Source: Bugula neritina
Taxonomy: Eukaryota > Animalia > Bryozoa
Assembly: GCA_964035545.1 (NCBI GenBank)
Contig: OZ037771.1
Span: forward strand, 9,603,408 to 9,667,407
DNA: 64,000 nt
Direction of reading: 5' to 3'
In this document: piece by piece, positions 26,604 to 38,764 of the stretch
How the letters are laid out: each line of letters starts with the position of its first letter
Position numbering within the stretch: the stretch's first letter is position 1
The notes under the pieces: generated by a model
The model's database searches: none
What the model saw: the letters and a program-made list of their open reading frames with translations, nothing else
What the model was told of the DNA's origin: nothing
Program-made: the position numbers and the translations under genes

Positions 26604-29600
26604 GTAGAGCTACGATCGTGACGACAAAGGGGGTAATATTATTTCCCTTCTAAATGCAGCACGGAGTCACCAAGTGTATTAAGAAGATGACCCGAGACAG
26701 CAATCTGCCAATAGGAATCATGAACTATAATTAGGAACTGTGACTTCCCGCGTAACAGTTATTTAGGAATAGACTGGCAAACTGTAAGCACTGTGCTGAG
26801 TAGTTGTTGATGTGTTCATAGATTTAGTTTTTGGATTGTGTATTAGCATATGAATATATTATTGTAACCTGAACCTTACTTGCGGAGTTGATTTAGCTTA
26901 CGTGTTATGAAGTAACTTGATTGCACACTAAAACCCACAATACTGAAAAAAGATAACGGTGGTGGCAGCGGTGGGATAGTTGTGTATATCAACGATGGAG
27001 ACTGACGATGCTGGAACACCACCACAGCCAATAGAAGGTGAGCGTGGAGATAATTTAGTTCCTGTGAATCGTGTAGTAGAAGATCGAAGAGCTCCGAGGG
27101 AGTTGAATGAGGATCGATACCGGTTAAAGGCACCCACTTTCACAGGTGAAGAAGTGGAACAATTCATACAGGAATTTAGTGACGTGTTGGACATCACTTA
27201 ATGGCCACCTAGGGTGGCCCTGCTGAAGCTTAGAATGTCATTGATGGATAAGGTCAAGCCCTATGGGTTAGGACAGGACATCGACAGTATCTTTGCTTCT
27301 CTGCAGGCCCGTTTTGGCATCTCCGCCATAAACGCCCGGGCCCGACTACAAAGGCTGCGGCGTGATCCACACACCCCGCTACAAAAACATGCCGCTACAG
27401 TGATGACGCTGGCGCAGATTGCATACAGTGATCTGCTTCAAGCTAACCGTGAACGGTGTACTTTTGACGCTTTGTACAATCTATCAACGACTTGGGACTC
27501 CATCACCAATTTCTGGCCAGGGGCGTTACCACAGTCGAAAGCGCCCTTGCAGAAGGGGAGGCCTATCTTCTGGCAAAACAGATGCATAAGAACAGCGGGG
27601 TTTCCCGCCAGGTGGAAGTAGAGTCAGCGGTCACCCCAGCCGATCTAGAGGCGGAACCCTCCGCGACCGCTGCTGGACAGTTAGTTGCTGTATCGAAGGT
27701 CGCACAACTGACCGACATGTTGGCTAAACTGGTGACGACACTGACACACAAAACCTCGGTAGGTACCGCTCGCGAGCCCCCACGGCCACTGGCGCCACCA
27801 CCACGGGAAGCAGTCAGTTTTTGCTGGGAATGTCGAAATCTACATTTCCGTAAATACTGCCCCCCTTCTTGCTCCGGGGTTAAACTACCGCGGCCCGCAG
27901 ATGTTCTCGCCTCCTGCAGGTCGGCAATGAATTTTCCAGGGAAGAAGAAACGTAGGTCACCCAGATGGGTACCGCGTGCCAACAACCAGGAGTGGCATAA
28001 GCCACAGCGGACAGGTAAGGGGCACCACCTCGCTGTTACCTTCTCCATGCCATTCCACATTAGAATTGACGGGCTGCCGACCCAAGAATCGGAGTGGAGA
28101 CCAGTACAGGCGTCAGAAAGCCCGCCTCTCCCCTTCGAGGTCACCTTACAACCGTCCCAAATGACTACCTCCCCGACCCACAGCGAGAAAGGTGCTCCCT
28201 GCAAGAGTACGGCCCGAAGAAAGAGTACGGGTGCAACACCATGGGCACAGCTATTTCTTACTCGGCAAGATAGCGGGTAAAGCTGTTACCTTCCTGCTCA
28301 ATTCGGGCTGCACCACGAACCTCATAAGGCGCCAACTCTTCGACACCCTTGGCGCTAGGGTCCGAAGCGAGATGGCACCATACGACGGGGAGAATGGCAC
28401 CCTGGCAGACGGGTTGTGCATTCTTTTCTATGGTATAATTGAGCTGACGGGACGCGTCCAAGATCAAGCTATCCAAGAGACGTTTATCGTCAGTCAGCTC
28501 AAAAAGAATACTATTTTCGGGATGCCGTTTCTGAAACGGCACGGATGTCACATGGACCTCACTAAGTCTGCAATAGTGATGTCCGGGCGAGAACTAGCCT
28601 GTGTCGATAAGTTCAGCCATCCTCTAGTTGGAAGCGTGCAGGTAGTACGGAACTGTAAAATACCGTGCCGCTCCCGGGCTACTATTTACTGCAGAGTGAA
28701 TAATAGCCAGACATCCATGAAAGGGTGGTGGAAGGTGCGCACGATAGAATCCAACTCGCCAGTAGCCTAAATCAGCTGACTGTGTGAGGAAAGATCTTAG
28801 TGCGGTGCGTCAACCCTTTTTTACGGAGCCGGTGAAGCTACCTGCAGGGTCCATGTTGAGCCGTTTCCACTCTGGCCAGAAAAAGGACGTGGGACCGTCG
28901 TTGGGGGACACGGTAGAAGGTCCCCAACAGCGCCTGCAAAAAGATTGGGGACCGTCCGGAAACGCATCCAGGGGTTGTATGAGATGGCCTGTGACGGCTG
29001 TGCGAGCAACGAGGAACGCCAGGCTATGACGAGGTTGCTACGCGAATATGGTGATGTGTTCAGCAGCGGAGACCATGACGTGGGGCTGAAATGAGCTGTC
29101 AGACACGAGATACCGCTGGCTGCAGGAACAGTTCCTATTCGGCAACCCACATGCAGGTTGGGGCCGGAGAAAGAGAAGGAGGTCAGCCGACAAGTCCGGG
29201 ATCTTCTGGACCGCGGCCTCATAGAGCCAGCCCATAGCGCATGGAGCTCAGCGGTGGTTTTGCTCTGGAAGAAAGACAGAAGTTGGCGGTTCTGTGTGGA
29301 TTACTGCAAGCTCAATAGCGTGACCATACAGGACGCCAACCGTCTACTTTGTATTGATGAATTCTTGGACGCCCTAGCCGGCAGCAAGTACGTCAGTAGG
29401 TAAGACTTGTTGGGCGGTTACTCGCAGGCCCCTCTGAGTCCCGACGTCCAGGAGAAGGCGACGTTGATCACACGGGACAGACTGTGGAAGTTGAAGGTGC
29501 TGCCGTTTGGGTTGACTTCTGCCCCGGCCACCTTCTAGAGGCTGATGGAGCAAGTCTTGAGTGGACTTCACTGGAAGACACTGCTGATCTACCTTGATGG

Positions 29601-31879
29601 CGTCAAGACACGTCAGTTGTCTGAGGGAGATATTCCAAAGACTCAAAGGTGCTGGTCTGAAGCTGAAACCTTCCAAGTGCGCTCTGTTGCAGCCGGAGGT
29701 TAGGTACCTAGGGCACTTTGTCGGTTAAAACGGCGTAGCAACGGATCCTCAGAAGGTACAGGCTATAGAAGACTGATCATTCTCCAGGATTTGACCGGAC
29801 TCCGGGCTTTCTTGGGTCTGGTAGGGTATTACAGGCAATACATACCAGACTTTGCGGGGATAGCACAGCCGTTAAATCAGCTCACCACAAAGGGGGTGGC
29901 ATGGCAGTGGACACCGCTCAAACAACAGGCATTCGATTGCCTCAAGGATTTCCTAATGACGGCACCCTTCTTGGCCCAGTCAGAAAATTCCGGCTGCTTA
30001 CGGATCATGCCTCCTTGATTTGGTTGTGTAAGAGAACAGAATCATCCAGTCAGGTCGCCCGGTGGCTTGAAGTCCTAGCCGACTTCTCTTACTGGATGGA
30101 ACATTGACCGGGTAAGAGGCACAGCAATGCGGATGGTTTGAGCTGGCGGCCTGATGGAGGTTGTAAACAGTGTCTCAACATCGAGAAGAAGGATGGAGGT
30201 CCCCCACGATCTGAGTTAGAGACACTAGCTCACCACGGAGCATAGTTTGACTGGGACCAAGGTCATCTCAAGCAGACAGTTGACAAATACTCGAAGGTTG
30301 TACAAAACCTCCACGCCAATCCTGTTTTGGCCAATAATGTCCGGGAGCTGAGGAAGCTTCAGGAAAACTTGCCCGGGGTGGTGGCAGACGCGTATCAGGC
30401 CAAAAAGAACGGGCGACGACCCAGCGATGAACAACTGAGACAGGAATGCGCCAAGTTCGGGCTGTTTTGCCAGCGTTGGGACTCCCTGAGGATCGGGCAG
30501 GATGGTCTGCTGACCATTACTCTAGCCGCCTCACCCATAGAGGAAGAAGCAAATGGCAGACTACCAGGACTACTGCGCCGCCGTTGGCGGTGGGTGTCAC
30601 CGGCAATAGAGAAGAAAATAGAGGCTGCGTAGGGGCCGAAGGGAAGTACCCAATGTCAAATCTGCTACGAAGACAGGCTGTCTCACCGCTCCCTAAGACT
30701 GCACGTAGATGCACACTTTCTATTGACCTTCTGCCCATGCGGACATCACGATGTCTACCCATACCCGATCATTAAACATAGAGCTGCTGGATGCTATCAC
30801 AGGGAGAACTATGTCATGAATGCCGACATGTATCCAGACTTCCTAACGCTCATCCGGTCACTAGTAAAGAAGGCAATGGTGCTAACCGTCTTGATCTCTG
30901 GATTTCAGCATGTACTAAGTATGCCCGGCAGCAGTTTTCCATAGTAGCAGACACTCCTAATGAACCAACCTCCGCGGAGATGGAAGAAGAGTTAAAATTC
31001 CCTCGCCGGAAGGCTATGACACCACCACCAGACCGCCCAACCCGTCTGGCCACCGTAGAGGAGTGACTCCTTCGGTTACAGGCCGACTTCACGCATCTAG
31101 CCCCAGATTTGTTAAACACAACGACTGGGCTGTACCAGCTTAAGGGCTTGGTGGGAAGAATAAAACGGAGACTGTGTGCCCGCCAGGCTAAGCATGACAA
31201 TGACAATGACAATAGTCTTCGTCCATGGGACATATCTGTGAATCTCGTCCTTTCTGGGGATTCCCGATGACAAACATTATGATCACGTAAATGCCTGTTA
31301 CTTCCTCTTCCTTGGATACCACTATAGTTAGCACTATTTCTCTTTCTATAGCTGATCAATTGTGGCTACCTTGTTCTTGGTGTAATGATTATGCTTTTGT
31401 CGTCATTTATGTATATATGTATATTATATTATGTAACTGCTTTTATAATATTCTGTATTTTGCGAGGGAGTGTATTTTTTATCAGAAAGTGGGCTTTCTG
31501 CTGGTGGAGGCGAAGTGGTGGCTCGTAGAGCTACGATCATGATGACGAAGGGAGAAATAATAATTCCCTTCTAAAAACAGCACGGAGTCACTAAGTGTAA
31601 TAAGAAGATGACCCGAGACAGCAATCTGCCAATAGGAATCATGAACTAAAATTAGGAACTGTGACTTCCCGCGTAACAGTTAGTTAGAAATAGACTGGCA
31701 AACTGTAAGCACCTTTTCTGAGTAGTTGTTGATGTGTTAATAGATGTAGTTTTTACATTGTGTATTATCGTATAAATATATTATTGTAACCTGAACCTTA
31801 CTTGTGGAGTTGATTTAGCTTCCGTGTTATGAAGTAACTTGATTGCACACTAAGACCCACAATATTGAAAAAGATAACA
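26604..31879 (+). mobile_element. Ty3/Gypsy element G2 (same lineage as G1): LTRs 26604-26958 (5'-clipped) and 31514-31879; decayed gag-pol with deletions in RNase H and of the whole integrase; ORF3 remnant ~30531-31270
   Basis: Matching LTR pair, tRNA-Leu PBS, LKAPTFTGE gag, RT motifs, CQICYEDRLSHRSLRLHVDAH. Confidence 0.93.
26960..26977 (+). promoter_or_regulatory. Primer-binding site, tRNA-Leu (also 33652-33669 and 50065-50084)
   Basis: TGGTGGCAGCGGTGGGAT is complementary to the 3' end of metazoan tRNA-Leu(AAG/TAG) ...AUCCCACCGCUGCCA-CCA; lies 1 nt after each 5' LTR. Confidence 0.9.
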
Positions 31880-32026
31880 ATACATTACAGTTGTTACAAA
31901 TGTAAAACTAGTAAGTTGGATGCAAATAAGCGTAGTAATATTACTCAGTTTATGCTATCTTAGAAATTTGTAGTAAATAGTTGGCATGCATGTGCATATA
32001 TATATAAATATAAATATATAAAAAAC

Positions 32027-32070
<44 letters not shown>

Positions 32071-32075
<5 letters not shown>

Positions 32076-32819
32076 GATAGTTAAGGGCAACCTTTTAGCT
32101 GCAACTGCCTTGCTGAGGTTTGCATTGTAATCATATAAGAATTCAGTACCAGTAAAATAAAATCTCACCTAATTGTGCTAGAGTCAAAATTTAAAAACTA
32201 TGTTGTAGATCTTCTTTTTCCCCAATGTAAGTTTTGTGGAAATTTCAATTTTCATTTTTTTTGCAAAGTTATAGACAGAAAACTGCCCAATTTTGGCCAA
32301 TTTTGCCTGAAAAGCTGACTTTTCAGTACCAGTAAAATATCTCAGCAGGAAAACATGATATCTGAATAAAATTTGCACTGCTGGAATCCTGAGATATTTC
32401 TCCAGTGCAATTTTTTTCTTTTTCCAATAACTCTTCTAGATTGCCCACAAATTGGTGATTTATACACTGAAAATGCTATATTTTTTCATAGAAAATTAGC
32501 AGCGCGCAGTACTTCACGCTTCAATGAGCACGTAGGGATGAGAAGATATTGGCGGTACATGCTAATTACAGGCTTACTAGCTGGTAGGCTATAATGAATA
32601 GCTTGCTTTGTACTTTGTTTATGTAGCACCCATAATGGAATGTTGATAGATTACGCAGCCCTAATGAAGGTTGCTGCTTATTGGTTGTAGTTTGATCCTA
32701 GGCTAAACAATTGCAAGTAGGCAACACGCATGCCACCCACAAAGCCATATTATTCAAGAACCTAAACTACATTCTGAGAGAAACTTATGACATTCTTAGT
32801 GAGGATGCCCTTAACTATC

Positions 32820-32824
<5 letters not shown>
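32071..32824. mobile_element. Non-autonomous TIR DNA transposon (CACAG ends, CMC/EnSpm-like) in a (TA)n tract
   Basis: TIRs CACAGGATAGTTAAGGGCA; flanked by TA; second copy inverted at 40417-41172. Confidence 0.9.
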
Positions 32825-32887
<63 letters not shown>

Positions 32888-32889
32888 AT

Positions 32890-33060
32890 GTATATATGGA
32901 TGTATACATAAACCAAACGACATTGTGGTTGGTTCTAAGAAAGCTTGGCTGCCCAGAACAGTTCACAAACCTGATTGCAGCTCTATATACAGGAATGAAA
33001 GCCTCTGTCAACCTAAAAGGAGATCTCTCAGCACTATTCGAGATCACAAACGGTGTAAAA
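32890..33060 (+). mobile_element. RTE-like LINE reverse transcriptase fragment
   Basis: LWLVLRKLGCPEQFTNLIAALYTGMKASV...FEITNGVKQ. Confidence 0.7.
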
Positions 33061-33299
33061 CAGTGGTTCCCTACCTGGGGAGGAATTTTCCCTTAGGGAA
33101 GAATTTGGACATTTTAGGGGAGGAATTTGGATTTTGAAAAATTCATGCAACTTTTTGACAGTTTTTGAGCTCTAGCAAGTTACATGTATATGCATATCTA
33201 TAAATCTTCATCTCAGTTCATCTATTTAACCAGCCCATATTCTACAATCTCGGTTTACTTCTATATGAATGTATTTATTAATTACTTTACCCTAACTAT
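33061..33299 (+). mobile_element. Left end of a probable hAT-type element, interrupted by Gypsy G3
   Basis: Begins CAGTGGTTCCCTACCTG (hAT/Charlie-like terminus) exactly where the RTE frame breaks; no right TIR found. Confidence 0.45.
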
Positions 33300-34581
33300 T
33301 GTAGTGAGTCATGCAATGTACTAATATAAGAATCGTCCTCTTTCCGTTCGGGGAAAACTAAGGCCCCAATGTATTAGTCAATAAGAAGAACCGGAATATG
33401 TACTTCCGACCCATGTGACAGTTCCCGGGCAATTAGCAATTATCAGGTTGTTGTAAGCGAGGGCTTGAAGTGTAAACACGCATTAGTAGTGACTGATGTT
33501 GTATTGTAATTTGATGTAATGTTTGTTTTGTATTGTATTGTGGATAATAAAGGTAATGACTCGACAGCTACCCTAGTAATTGCTAGTAGAATAGCCTACT
33601 AAATACGCAAGTAAAAAAACTCACGCACAGTAATTGCACAAATTACTACAGTGGTGGCAGCGGTGGGATCTTGCGTATAACAGTCAAGGCAGAAGACGGT
33701 ACGGAGCTACCCATTCCACTGAATGAAGGTGAGGAAGATAATGTTGATATAACTGTGGAACCAGTAGTGTTAGAAGAAGTGAGAGTTCCTAGAGAGTCCG
33801 GTGAGGACAGATACCAGCTGAAGGCGCCCACCTTCACAGGCGAGGAAGCCGTAGAGCAATTTATCCAGGAATTCCAAGATGTGATGGAAGTTGCACGGTG
33901 GCCACCAAGGGTGGCGTTGCTCAAACTCAGGATGGCGCTGACAGACAAGGCTAAGCCCTACGGAACGGGACCTGATATAGACGAGATCTTCGCTTCTCTG
34001 CGGGCCCGTTTTGGTATCTCTGCCATAGATGCGCGGGCCCGCCTACAAAGGCTGCAGCATGATCCTCACACGCCGCTGCAGGAGCACGCTACCACGGTGA
34101 TGACGCTGGCGCAAATCGCGTTTCGCGATCTGCCTCAAGCGAACCGTGAGAGGTATACTTATGATGCCTTCGTGCAGTCCATCAACGACTTGGGGCTCCA
34201 CCATCAATTCCAAGCGCGGGGAGTCGCCACGGTCGAGGATGCACTCGCGGTAGGAGAAGCCTACCTCTTGGCGACTCATATGCACTGCAACCGCGTGGCC
34301 TTACACCAGGTGGCCACGGAGCACACTACTGCTCATACTGAACCAAATGCAGAACCCTCCGCGTTGGCTAATGTGACCCAGATGACGGTAGCATCGAAAG
34401 TCGCTCAGATGACTGACATGCTAGCCAAACTGGTCGCCACGTTAGCTCCCCCAAGCCAGGTAGATACTGCCCGTGAGCCTCGCGGGCTGCAGGCACAATC
34501 ACCAGGCACGAGGCATAACTTCTGCTGGGGATGCGGAAGGCTTGGAAATTTCCAGAAGAACTGCCCTCAACTCCAACAAGG

Positions 34582-34625
34582 GTTAAACTACCACGGCCCG
34601 CAGATGTTCCCACCTCCTGCGGGCC
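34582..34625 (+). promoter_or_regulatory. Predicted -1 ribosomal frameshift signal at the gag/pol junction
   Basis: G_TTA_AAC in gag phase, 6-nt spacer, 9-bp stem GGCCCGCAG/CTGCGGGCC with 13-nt loop; pol frame is -1; repeated in G1, G2, G4. Confidence 0.8.
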
Positions 34626-37024
34626 ACCGGTAAATCATCCAGAGAGGACAACGCGTCTGCCACCCCCCTGGGCGCCACGCGAGGATACTGTGGAGTGGCG
34701 ACCACTACGGCAAGTAGGCTGTTCAAGCCACTCGCCACCTGGGTTCTCTATGCCACTCCGAAACAGATCCGACGGGCTGTTGACCTCAGAGCCTGCGAGG
34801 GAAACGGTACAGGCGCCGCAAGGCGTACCACCCCAACCTCGGCAGCTGGTCATTAGTCGTCGCCAACCATGGACCCTCGACCCACAGCGAGGGAGGTGCA
34901 ACCACGGCACACACAAATGCAGCCACACGGGAGTAGCTACTTCCTGCCAGGAAAGCTAGCTGGCAAGCCTGCCAACTTCCTTCTGGACTCGGGCTGCACC
35001 ACCAACCTCTTTAGCCGTCAATTCTTTGACACCCTCAGCGCTAAGGTCAGGGACGGGCTGGCACTGTATGAGGGGGATCATGGCACCCTGGCAGACGGGT
35101 CGTGCATTCCCTTCTACGGCATTTTTGAGCTTACTGGGTGCGTTCGTAACCAGACCATCTAGGAGACGTTTATCGTCGGACAGCTCAACGAGGATGCTAT
35201 CCTCGGGATGCCATTCTTACAAGGACACAGATGTCGCATCAATTTCAGCAAATCTGCAATGATCATGGGCGACAGGGAGCTTGCCTGTGTCAATAAGTTT
35301 GGTCGTCTTCTAGTGGGAGGAGTGCAGGTCGTACGGAGCTGTACGATACCAGGCCACTCCCGGGCTACCGTCCGCTGCAAAGTAGACGGTGGCCAGACCT
35401 CTAGGTTGGAAGTTGTCAAAAGTTTGCACTCAAGAATCAAACTTGCCCACAGCTTTAGCCGGCTTACAGGACACGGAGAGATCTTGGTGCAGTGCGTCAA
35501 CCCCTCCTCAGAGACGGTGGACCTGCCATCCAGGTCCATGCTGGGCCGCTTCCATCCTGTCTAGGAGGAAGACATTGGGCCGTTGTTGAGAGCTACGACG
35601 GAAGGTCCTCAACAGAGCCCGTCTCAAGGGCGGAGGACCGTCCCAACCCACGCCTCCCATTCTCCAGGGACGCGTGGCTACGCGGGCAACAGAAGGCGCC
35701 ATGCCATGGCCAGGTTGTCACGCCGGTACAGTAAGGCACCCCGCCACACAGACCATGACGCCCGCCTAAATAGAGCGGCCTATCGTGAGGTACCACGGGC
35801 GGCGGAGACCACCCCTACTCGGCAGCCCACGACGAGGTTGGGCCCGAAGAAGAAGAACAAAGTTCCCCCGCGGTCCCCGCTGGCAAAACGGGACTCGGGC
35901 CAACTCCAACAGAGGGCTGACACGCCCCCGAAGGCCGTCCAGAGCCTCCGCGCCAAACCTGTATGGGCTGGTAACGTTGGGGAGCTACCGAAACTCTAGG
36001 AAAACCTTCCTGGAGTGGTAGCCGACGAGTACCGAGTGAAACAGGAAGGGCAACGACCCAGTGGTAGACAACGGAGACAGGGATGCGCCGAGTTACGGCT
36101 GTACTGTCAACGTTGGAACTCTTTGCGGATCGGGCCGGATGGTCTGCTGACCATGACTTTGGCCGCCAACAGCAGACAACCAGCAAGGGAGAGGATAATT
36201 TGCCCAGCTGCCATTTGCCGGAAGTTGATACAGGACACCCACCAGCAGACTGACGCAGGAGTCCAGGGGGTGGTCACCAAGCTACAACTCCGGTGGTACT
36301 GGCCCAACATAGAGCGGGACATCCAGCGCAGAGTGAAACAGTGCGAAATCTGCCAGACCAACAAGCATAGCCGTCTCCCCGGTGAAGCGGGACTGCAGGC
36401 GCATTGTGCTAGAGGGTCTTGGCAAGCGGAGACTGACGTCCTGGCCGGAAACACGCCCATGACCCCGCAGGAAGACTTGGCGAGGCAGGAAAGACCACTT
36501 CCGTCCTTGGAAGGGCGCCCACCGCCCCCAACGTCAGGCCTGCTACCACCACCACTTCCGGAACCAGAAACGGGTCCGGAAGTGCAAAAACCCCCTGTGG
36601 GAAAGGCTCCGTACGGAGGTACCAACGTAGGAACAACCGTCACAAACAGGCTGGAAACACCACCCATGAGACATAACAATCTACGGGTGAGCACACCGCC
36701 TCCTACAGTGATGACACCTTCAGGACCACACACTAGGCAACCCCCAGCGTACCTCGGAGACTTCATACATGACCGCGCTAGAAGCGGCAGTTATGAAAGT
36801 CTGGCGAGGTTTCGTATGGGAAAACAGGCAAAGAAACGTGGGAGTTGTGAACACCACGGAAATATCAACTTTTGCCTTGGCGGAACCACGAATGAGATTC
36901 ATCCGCTGGAAGTAAAAAGCCCTTGTCACGCTTCACAACCACGCTGCCCGGTCTTTTCCTACGTTGATGCAGTCAAGAGTAGACGTGCCACTAAACACTA
37001 ATCATTTACCGCTCTCATTCCAAA

Positions 37025-38010
37025 ATGTCTTACTATTCTGGATCGAAGGGTGAGTTAGTTATGTTTTTAGTACAGGAACTAGACTGCATCAGTCAGCTCT
37101 AGCTATGCCAGTTAGCGAGCTGGAGATTCGATAATGAAACACAGTGGTGGGAACACACGTCGACTTAGATTTTAAATAATCTGCCATAGCGAGTGTGTTC
37201 TCGATCAACTATTCTTTAGCCTGAATCTCACGAGTGTAACTGAACAGAGCACCTGTCAGGCTGTACATGCCGGCGATACTTTAGTGTATAGTCTTTAACA
37301 CTGCTACTCTTTCAGATAACACTCGAGTGACCACCTCCCGGTCACGGGACCAGCCAACCCCTCTACCCATGGAGGAAGAACTAGTGATGGAAAGGAGGAT
37401 TGAAAAAGCCTGGGGACCCAGCGGACCCCACCAGACCTGTCAGGTCTGCCTTGAGGAGTACCCGTCACACCGCTCCCTGCATCTGCATGTAGACGCACAC
37501 TTTCTACTGCACTTTTGTCCATGCAGGTTCCATGATGTGTACCCGTACCCCGTGATAATCCACAAGATGAACTGCTTTGCCGAAGAGGGCCATATCGTAG
37601 ACAAGGACAGTTTCCCCCAGTATCTAGACATCATCAAGCCGGTCATCAAGAAGGCTATAACCCTGGCTGCGCTAGCGTCAGGGTTCTAAGTACTACTGCT
37701 GTCTGCCCGCCATAAGTCTCCTATGGTTAAGGTCCCGTCCACTACCCCCGTCAACCCTAGTAACACTCCCGAACCAGAAGAAGTGACGATACCCTCTACC
37801 CAAGAAACTACAACAACCCTGCCAGGACCCAGCCGATTTGCTACTGTAGAAGAGCGGCTTTTAAAACTACAAGCCGAGTTTACACAACTTGCTCTTGACC
37901 TGCTGGATACAACAACATGTCTATACCAGCTGAAGGACTCAGTGGGGCAACTGAAGCAGAGGCTACGTGCCTGACAAGCTCAGCACAGATCGCGCTCACT
38001 ACAAGAGTGA
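37025..38010 (+). pseudogene. G3 accessory ORF3, two coding exons (37025-37049, 37316-38010); two premature stops
   Basis: ATG TCT TAC TAT TCT GGA TCG AAG G|GTGAGT ... CTCTTTCAG|AT AAC in phase; CQVCLEEYPSHRSLHLHVDAH; RFATVEERLLKLQAEFTQLA; stops at 37687 and 37972 where other copies have Q and R. Confidence 0.8.
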
Positions 38011-38764
38011 GAGCTCACCTAATAAGCATGCCTGTGAAAGGCACCTTTCGGCGGACTGCATTATCGTCGCGTAGATGACCAGCTCCCCCGACCATTGGCC
38101 CGCGTGCTGTATAGCACCCTCTCTCTCTCTCTGTAGCTGACCAACTGTGTGTTTGACCACTCTGTTTACCTTCTTGTATATATATGCTTGTGTGTACTAA
38201 AATATTTCTCTTCTTTCTTTTTGTGGGTTTAATTATGTATCTTTTAGATTATTGTACTGTTTTTATATGTATTTTTTTGTGTGTTCTCAGAAAGTAGGGC
38301 TTTCTGCTGGGGGGGGGCGGTGTAGTGGGTCACGAAATGTTTGAGGAATACTAAGGTCTTAATGTATTAGCCAATAAGAAGAACCGGAATATGTACTTCC
38401 GACTTATGTGACAGTTCCCGGGCAATTGACAATGATCACGTTGTTGTAAGCGAGGGCTTGAAGTAGAAACATGTGTTAGTAGTGACTGATATTATAGTGT
38501 AATTTGATGTAATGTTTGTTTTGTATTGTATTGTGAATAATAAAGGTAATTACTCGACAGCTACCCTAGTAATTGCAAGTAGAATAGCCAACTAAATACG
38601 CAAGTAGAAAACTCACGCACAGTAATTGCACAAATTACTACACTATGACGCAGTTTCGTAGCTTTTTAATTAGCTAAGTTGGTGTAAAAATGCTAAAGCA
38701 GTTTAGTGATGTCAAGTGTAAAAATTTTATCTATCCTCAATGCTAAATGCAAATGAAAAAATCT

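Larger units (their letters stand above)
33300..38642 (+). mobile_element. Non-autonomous Ty3/Gypsy element G3: LTRs 33300-33650 and 38321-38642, gag, protease, IN zinc finger and tail, spliced ORF3; RT, RNase H and IN core absent
   Basis: TG...CA LTR pair, CTAT target duplication, tRNA-Leu PBS, open gag 33671-34633, FLLDSG; sequence jumps from RLGPKK to the post-RH region and from GSWQ to the IN tail. Confidence 0.95.
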
